The notes under the pieces are model-generated. The model had not been told where the DNA came from and searched no databases. It saw nothing but the letters and a program-made list of their open reading frames with translations. From positions 1-30,396 of the forward strand of contig QZJZ01000101.1 in assembly GCA_003599815.1 (NCBI GenBank): a DNA stretch of 30,396 bases. Direction: 5' to 3'. The stretch comes from Candidatus Auribacter fodinae (GTDB taxonomy: Bacteria; Auribacterota; Auribacteria; Auribacterales; Auribacteraceae). Both the position numbers and the translations under genes were made by a program. Of the stretch, positions 25,809-30,396 are shown in pieces (position 1 is the first letter of the stretch; every line of letters begins with the position of its first letter).

Positions 25809-26402
25809 ATGGGTATAGAACAATTACCAGCATTTATTCGTGATAACTACGAAATACATGAAAAGAATCATGCCTGCGCGATTCTAAAAGAAGATTTTCC
25901 TTGCGAATGGAACGATCTAATTGATCTGCTAACAGAATTTCGCCTCAAAAGAAGCTGGATAATCAATCCCGGGGGAAGTAAATCAAAAGTATCAAGCCAC
26001 ATTGATGATTTTCTATCCGAGCGTGGGTGGAAAGAAAAACAATTTCAGACACAGATTGTAATTGACGAAGTAACAACAGAAACACCGACGCATAAGATTG
26101 ATTGTTTTAAAAACAGAGTCGCCTTGGAAATTGAATGGAACAACAAAGATCCTTTTTTTGACCGCGATTTAAATAATTTCAGGCTCCTTTTTGATCTCCG
26201 TGCGATCAGCATAGGCATAATAATCACACGATGCGATGAGTTACAGAATATCTTTAATACATTAGGCAGAGGAAGTTCATACGGAGCATCCACAACTCAT
26301 ATTGGTAAATTAATCCCAAAAATCAATGGCGGCGGCAGTGCCGGATGCCCTCTTTTAGTCTTTGGAATAAAACGCGCTCTTTATTTGGAGGATATAGAAT
26401 GA
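25809..26402 (+). CDS. Putative Type II restriction endonuclease (PD-(D/E)xK-like, BglII/BamHI-type spacing)
   Basis: 197 aa. Candidate active site KID...(9)ALEIEW has the D-x9-E-x-E spacing seen in BglII/BamHI-type enzymes. Low GC. Stop overlaps the start of a DNA methyltransferase. Confidence 0.5.
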   Translation: MGIEQLPAFIRDNYEIHEKNHACAILKEDFPCEWNDLIDLLTEFRLKRSWIINPGGSKSKVSSHIDDFLSERGWKEKQFQTQIVIDEVTTETPTHKIDCFKNRVALEIEWNNKDPFFDRDLNNFRLLFDLRAISIGIIITRCDELQNIFNTLGRGSSYGASTTHIGKLIPKINGGGSAGCPLLVFGIKRALYLEDIE

Positions 26403-27073
26403 CATCGCCCGCTTCTCGCGATTTATTACAGTCCGTTGGAGATAGAAAATTTTCTACAGTATTGGCTGATCCTCCATGGCAGTTTAAAAATCGTACAGGA
26501 AAAATGGCTCCTGAACATAAACGTCTTCAACGCTACCCTACAATGACCTTAAGCGAAATTAAAGAATTGCCGGTACAGTCAATCGTCACGGAAACCGCCC
26601 ACTTATATTTATGGGTGCCCAATGCCCTCCTTGCCGAAGGGTTAGAAGTTATGAAGAGTTGGGGCTTTGAATATAAAACGAATATCATCTGGTACAAAGT
26701 GCGTAAGGACGGCGGACCTGATAGAAGAGGTGTCGGCTTTTATTTCAGAAATGTGACTGAAATGGTGCTTTTCGGCACAAGAGGAACAGGCGCCCGAACT
26801 CTCCAAGCCGGGCGGAGTCAGGAAAACGTTATCATTTCACAAAAGCGCGAACACAGCAGAAAACCAGATGAACAATATAAGCTGATTGAGTCATGCAGTA
26901 GATCTCCATTTATCGAGCTGTTTGCTCGCGGTTCCCAGCCAAACTGGTTCTCGTGGGGCAACCAGGCACAAAGCTATTCCCCTGATTGGCCAACATACAG
27001 CAATCATTCCCAGGCAAACATGCTGGAATTCGAACAAAATTCGTTTTGTTTAAATTCAACAGCAACAAAATGA
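26399..27073 (+). CDS. MT-A70-family (M.MunI-like) N6-adenine DNA methyltransferase
   Basis: DPPWQF catalytic motif near the N-terminus. HLYLWVPN, IIWYKVRK and the MVLFGTRGTG SAM-binding motif follow in the circularly permuted order typical of MT-A70. GGAGG RBS. ATGA overlap with the upstream ORF. Confidence 0.8.
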   Translation: MTSPASRDLLQSVGDRKFSTVLADPPWQFKNRTGKMAPEHKRLQRYPTMTLSEIKELPVQSIVTETAHLYLWVPNALLAEGLEVMKSWGFEYKTNIIWYKVRKDGGPDRRGVGFYFRNVTEMVLFGTRGTGARTLQAGRSQENVIISQKREHSRKPDEQYKLIESCSRSPFIELFARGSQPNWFSWGNQAQSYSPDWPTYSNHSQANMLEFEQNSFCLNSTATK

Positions 27074-27202
27074 TACTATCTTGCATATCTTCGCCGGCAT
27101 AAAATAGTTCTTTTCAAAACCACACCTGTCACATAAAATGATAACCGGGTCAGTTGCTTAAATGTTTTAGGACACCTCGACATAATTCAGCGAAAGATAC
27201 TT

Positions 27203-28252
27203 ATGTCTAAACATTTAGCCGTATTATTATCGCTTATCGTTGCCTTTGTATGTGCGGGGTGCGACAACTCCGGACAGCCTCCGGATACCGGTACATGCAC
27301 ACATAATCCTGCGTGCAAACATCTTACCGGCAAAAAAATTCTGTACGTCGACTCATACGATCCCGATTACCTGCACAGCAAAATAATACGCCTTTCCGCA
27401 AAAAGCATTCTGGAAGACAGGGAATTAACCTATAAAGCAGTGTTTCTCGATGAAAAACATCTCAAAGGCGACGAAGCGCTCACCCAATCAGCTCTTGCCG
27501 CCAAACAGGTTATCGATGAATGGAAACCCGACATAATTATCGCCGCGGATGACCCTGCCAACAAGTACCTGATTGCCCCGTACTATCGAAACACAGAACT
27601 GCCTGTCGTCTTTGTCGGTGTCAACTGGAGCGCGGATGAGTATGGGTATCCTTGTTCAAACATCACAGGGCAACTGCAGGTTGAGTTTATTGAAGGCCTG
27701 ATTGCCGAACTGTTCAAATACGCTTCCGGACGCCGGATCGGCATTATCACCGGAGATTCTCTGACACAGCATAAACTGATACATTTTTACGAAAACAATA
27801 TGGATATTCTGTTTACAGAAAAATACTTCGCCTCATCGTTCGAAGAATGGAAGCAACGCTACACACGTATGCAGAGCAATGTTGACATCCTCATTGTCTG
27901 GAACTACGATGCCATTTCCGGCTGGAACGATGAGGAAGCAATAGCATTCATCATGGAAAACACCACCGTCCCGACAGGAAGTATCCCTTTGCACATGGCG
28001 CCGTTTGTGCTCATAAACTATTCCAATGTCCCGATGGAGCTGGGCGAATACGCCGCGCGGACAGCAATCCGTATTTTAAACGGCACAAAACCAGCTGATA
28101 TACCCGTTACGCGAAATAATCAATTAAAAGTTTACCTTAATATGAAGCTAGCCAAACGGCTTAACATAAAATTTTCCATGGATCTGATTAAACGGGCGAA
28201 TTTTGTCAGTGAAAATCATTTAAACAGTGCGAAAAAAAATGTGTCAAAATAG
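27203..28252 (+). CDS. Periplasmic substrate-binding lipoprotein, PF04392/COG2984-type (ABC_sub_bind family)
   Basis: Lipobox (VCAGC). Conserved C-terminal ...AIRILNGTKPADIPV...KVYLNMKLAKRLNI.. signature of the PF04392 family. 349 aa. Confidence 0.7.
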   Translation: MSKHLAVLLSLIVAFVCAGCDNSGQPPDTGTCTHNPACKHLTGKKILYVDSYDPDYLHSKIIRLSAKSILEDRELTYKAVFLDEKHLKGDEALTQSALAAKQVIDEWKPDIIIAADDPANKYLIAPYYRNTELPVVFVGVNWSADEYGYPCSNITGQLQVEFIEGLIAELFKYASGRRIGIITGDSLTQHKLIHFYENNMDILFTEKYFASSFEEWKQRYTRMQSNVDILIVWNYDAISGWNDEEAIAFIMENTTVPTGSIPLHMAPFVLINYSNVPMELGEYAARTAIRILNGTKPADIPVTRNNQLKVYLNMKLAKRLNIKFSMDLIKRANFVSENHLNSAKKNVSK

Positions 28253-28380
28253 TCTAAAAAAACGCTGTCTTTGTTTTTTAAAAGAAATAAATCTTTTATG
28301 GCAATATTCTTTACTATACAATAAAAAGGAAGATAATTAGGGATTCCAGCGCGGAATTTAACTTTTGACCTTTGTGTTGT

Positions 28381-29406
28381 ATGTACAGGAATTTCACTTA
28401 TTTTTTATGTTGCGGATTTGCTGTCCTGTGGGGATGTACCGATCCTGTAACCGATCGGCAAAACGATTCTCACGAGAACGCCGCGCTCATAAATCCGCTG
28501 GCAGGGAAAAAAGTTTTGTATGTGGATTCGTATCATCCTGAATACATGCATAGCAAAATCGTTATGCACACGACAAGAAAAATACTTACAGATCAGGGAA
28601 TCATCTTGAAGGTTATATATCTTGACGCGAAACGAAAAAAAAGCGACGAACAGCTCACACGGGCCGGATTGGCCGCAAAACAGGTTATAGACGAATGGAA
28701 GCCTGACCTTGTTATCGCCGCGGACGATGCCGCCAGCAAATATCTTATCGCTCCGTATTACCGAAATAGCTCCCTGCCTGTAGTTTTTGTCGGTATAAAC
28801 TGGGACGCTGAACCGTACGGATATCCTCTGCCCAATGTCACCGGGCAGATCGAAATCGAGTTTGTTGAAGGGCTAATATCCGAACTGCTGAAATACGCTA
28901 AGGGTGACCGCATCGGCATCATCATGGGCAACACCCTGACACAGAAAAAGATATTCTCTCATTACACGCAGAAATTACATATTAGTTTCGCGCAACAGGC
29001 CGCGGTGGATACATATGAAGAATGGAAACAGCACTATATCCAGATCCAAAAACACGTTGACCTTTTGATCGTATGGAACAATGCCGGCATTGAAGGCTGG
29101 GACGACAATGACGCAAAATCTTTTATTGAAAACAACACTGTTATTCCCACAGGCAGTTTTCCTATTCATATGGCTCCTTTTGTCCTGATGAACTATTCGA
29201 ATGTATCAACTGAATTCGGCGAGTATGCCGCAAAAACAGCAATCCGCATTTTAAACGGCACGCTTCCGTCCGATATACCCCTTACAAAGAACGCTCAGTT
29301 AAAAGTATATTTGAATATGCGGCTTGCAAAAAAGCTGAACATTATATTCCCCATGGATCTTATAAGGCGTTCAAATTTTGTGCAGGAGAGGCATCTCGAA
29401 GAATGA
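28381..29406 (+). CDS. Paralogous PF04392/COG2984-type periplasmic substrate-binding lipoprotein (tandem duplicate)
   Basis: About 65-70% identical over most of its length to the 27203-28252 product (KKxLYVDSY.P.Y.HSKI...AAKQVIDEWKPD...APYYRN..LPVVFVG.NW). Lipobox LWGC. ATG at 28381 preferred over the TTG at 28372. Confidence 0.7.
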   Translation: MYRNFTYFLCCGFAVLWGCTDPVTDRQNDSHENAALINPLAGKKVLYVDSYHPEYMHSKIVMHTTRKILTDQGIILKVIYLDAKRKKSDEQLTRAGLAAKQVIDEWKPDLVIAADDAASKYLIAPYYRNSSLPVVFVGINWDAEPYGYPLPNVTGQIEIEFVEGLISELLKYAKGDRIGIIMGNTLTQKKIFSHYTQKLHISFAQQAAVDTYEEWKQHYIQIQKHVDLLIVWNNAGIEGWDDNDAKSFIENNTVIPTGSFPIHMAPFVLMNYSNVSTEFGEYAAKTAIRILNGTLPSDIPLTKNAQLKVYLNMRLAKKLNIIFPMDLIRRSNFVQERHLEE

Positions 29407-30323
29407 AAATAAATACCATCAATACAAAGATACTTATGATAATAGCGTCCGCCTTCATAATAATGACATTAAGCATTTACCTGTTCGCGTCGCATTACCT
29501 GAAAAGTATGATCGACGGGTATCAGGAAAGCGTCTATTCGGAAAAAATCGACACTATTCTTGATATGCTGGAACGCAAATACGAACATCTCACTGAAACA
29601 TTTCTCATTGATGCCTACGAAGAAGATTTCAAACAATCGTTTCTTGAAGATTTCCGGTCATCATATTTCACCGGCAATGACCAAAAGGTATATCCTTTCA
29701 TACTGGATTCAAAAGGGAAATGCATGATTGACGCCGGAATGAACGGCAAATCGTGCCCGCCTAAGGAAAAAAGTTTTTTTGCGGAAGTGAAAAATGAGAA
29801 AAAAGGGTCGTTTGAGTATGCTTTCAAAGGGTCAGCCTACTGGGTCATAAAAAGGCATTTCCCTCAATGGGACTGGTACATCGGGTATATTGTGCCTCTT
29901 TCAGTAAAATACACTCACTTTTACTCGTTCCGGGATATTCTTGCCATGATTATGGCTGTAACAACCGTTCTGGCTCTATTTATTGTATCCCTGCTTGTCA
30001 CCAACTTTACAAAACCGATTTACCAGCTCACAAAAGCCTCGCTGGCGCTCTCTTCCGGCAACCTTGATTACCCCATGAAAGTGAATTCTTCTGATGAAAC
30101 AGGCATACTGACGCAATCATTTTTATCGATGCGCGACGCTATCCGTAAAACCATCCGTGACTTAAACGAGAAAAACACCATCCTCACACAGGAAATAGCT
30201 GAAAGAAAACGTATAGCCCATGCCCTCAAAGACAGCGAGCAGAGATACCGCCTGCTTGTTGAAAACCAGAATGATCTTGTCATTAAATTTGATACCAGCT
30301 GTTCATGCTCAGTAATTAGGTAA
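29403..30323 (+). CDS. Membrane sensor protein: TM1, periplasmic Cache-like domain, TM2, HAMP, coiled coil and the first residues of a PAS domain. Ends prematurely with no output domain
   Basis: Two TM helices bracket an approximately 150-aa extracytoplasmic domain. The HAMP-like segment after TM2 is followed by RYRLLVENQNDLVIKFD (PAS start), then a stop 10 codons later. ATGA overlap with the upstream binding-protein gene. Confidence 0.6.
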   Translation: MKINTINTKILMIIASAFIIMTLSIYLFASHYLKSMIDGYQESVYSEKIDTILDMLERKYEHLTETFLIDAYEEDFKQSFLEDFRSSYFTGNDQKVYPFILDSKGKCMIDAGMNGKSCPPKEKSFFAEVKNEKKGSFEYAFKGSAYWVIKRHFPQWDWYIGYIVPLSVKYTHFYSFRDILAMIMAVTTVLALFIVSLLVTNFTKPIYQLTKASLALSSGNLDYPMKVNSSDETGILTQSFLSMRDAIRKTIRDLNEKNTILTQEIAERKRIAHALKDSEQRYRLLVENQNDLVIKFDTSCSCSVIR

Positions 30324-30360
30324 CGCTTTTGGTATAATAAACCCCAAAGGAGGTTACCGA

Positions 30361-30396
30361 ATGAAATACCATGATATAGTAATAGTAAAAAGATGG
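30361..30396 (+). other. 5' end of an unidentified ORF (MKYHDIVIVKRW...) running off the window
   Basis: ATG preceded by AAAGGAGG at 7-nt spacing. Only 12 codons are visible. Confidence 0.35.

Noticed and set aside
1-30396. CRISPR arrays, tRNA or rRNA genes
   Set aside because: No direct-repeat/spacer periodicity anywhere in the window. No intergenic segment has the length and conserved T-loop/anticodon-stem pattern of a tRNA, and the intergenic regions are too short for rRNA.

Overview
This is a bacterial chromosomal segment of about 30.4 kb. It appears Gram-negative: several proteins carry lipoboxes and there are periplasmic solute-binding proteins. It is densely coded on both strands, and I found no rRNA, tRNA or CRISPR array.

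Ordered content:
- A soluble PAS sensor histidine kinase (91-1626, minus strand) with a Cys/His-rich first PAS domain.
- A divergent pair on the plus strand: a PP-loop ATPase (TTG start) and an SDR oxidoreductase, closed by a bidirectional hairpin terminator at 3611-3648.
- A two-gene Family-1 encapsulin operon: encapsulated ferritin cargo (EncFtn, 4490-4861) with a C-terminal targeting peptide, then the encapsulin shell protein (3670-4485).
- A lipoprotein of unknown function (5079-5828).
- A six-gene minus-strand cluster (5992-12177). It combines a partner-switching module (REC fused to an RsbW-like kinase, plus a STAS antagonist) with a FapA/DUF342 protein, an 813-aa HEAT-repeat protein, CheY and CheX.
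- rpmB (L28) with its own terminator.
- A carbon-nitrogen hydrolase next to a HIT-family protein; this Nit/Fhit pairing is known as a Rosetta-stone pair.
- Two small lipoproteins.
- A compact IS200-like / RAYT-type HuH transposase element (about 760 bp) bounded by hairpin-bearing inverted repeats. A small stand-alone HNH nuclease abuts it.
- The htpX-clpB heat-shock pair, then gpsA on the opposite strand.
- A low-GC island with two translationally coupled GT-C-like polytopic membrane proteins and a third membrane protein.
- A compact Type II restriction-modification pair with ATGA overlap: a small PD-(D/E)xK-like endonuclease and an MT-A70-family (DPPW) adenine methyltransferase.
- Two tandem paralogous PF04392-type periplasmic binding proteins, translationally coupled to a Cache/HAMP/PAS sensor. 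The sensor ends abruptly just before a hairpin and a new gene start at the window edge.

The most system-like candidates are the encapsulin/EncFtn nanocompartment, the partner-switching/FapA/HEAT/CheY-CheX cassette, and the low-GC island carrying the restriction-modification pair and the membrane glycosyltransferase-like genes.
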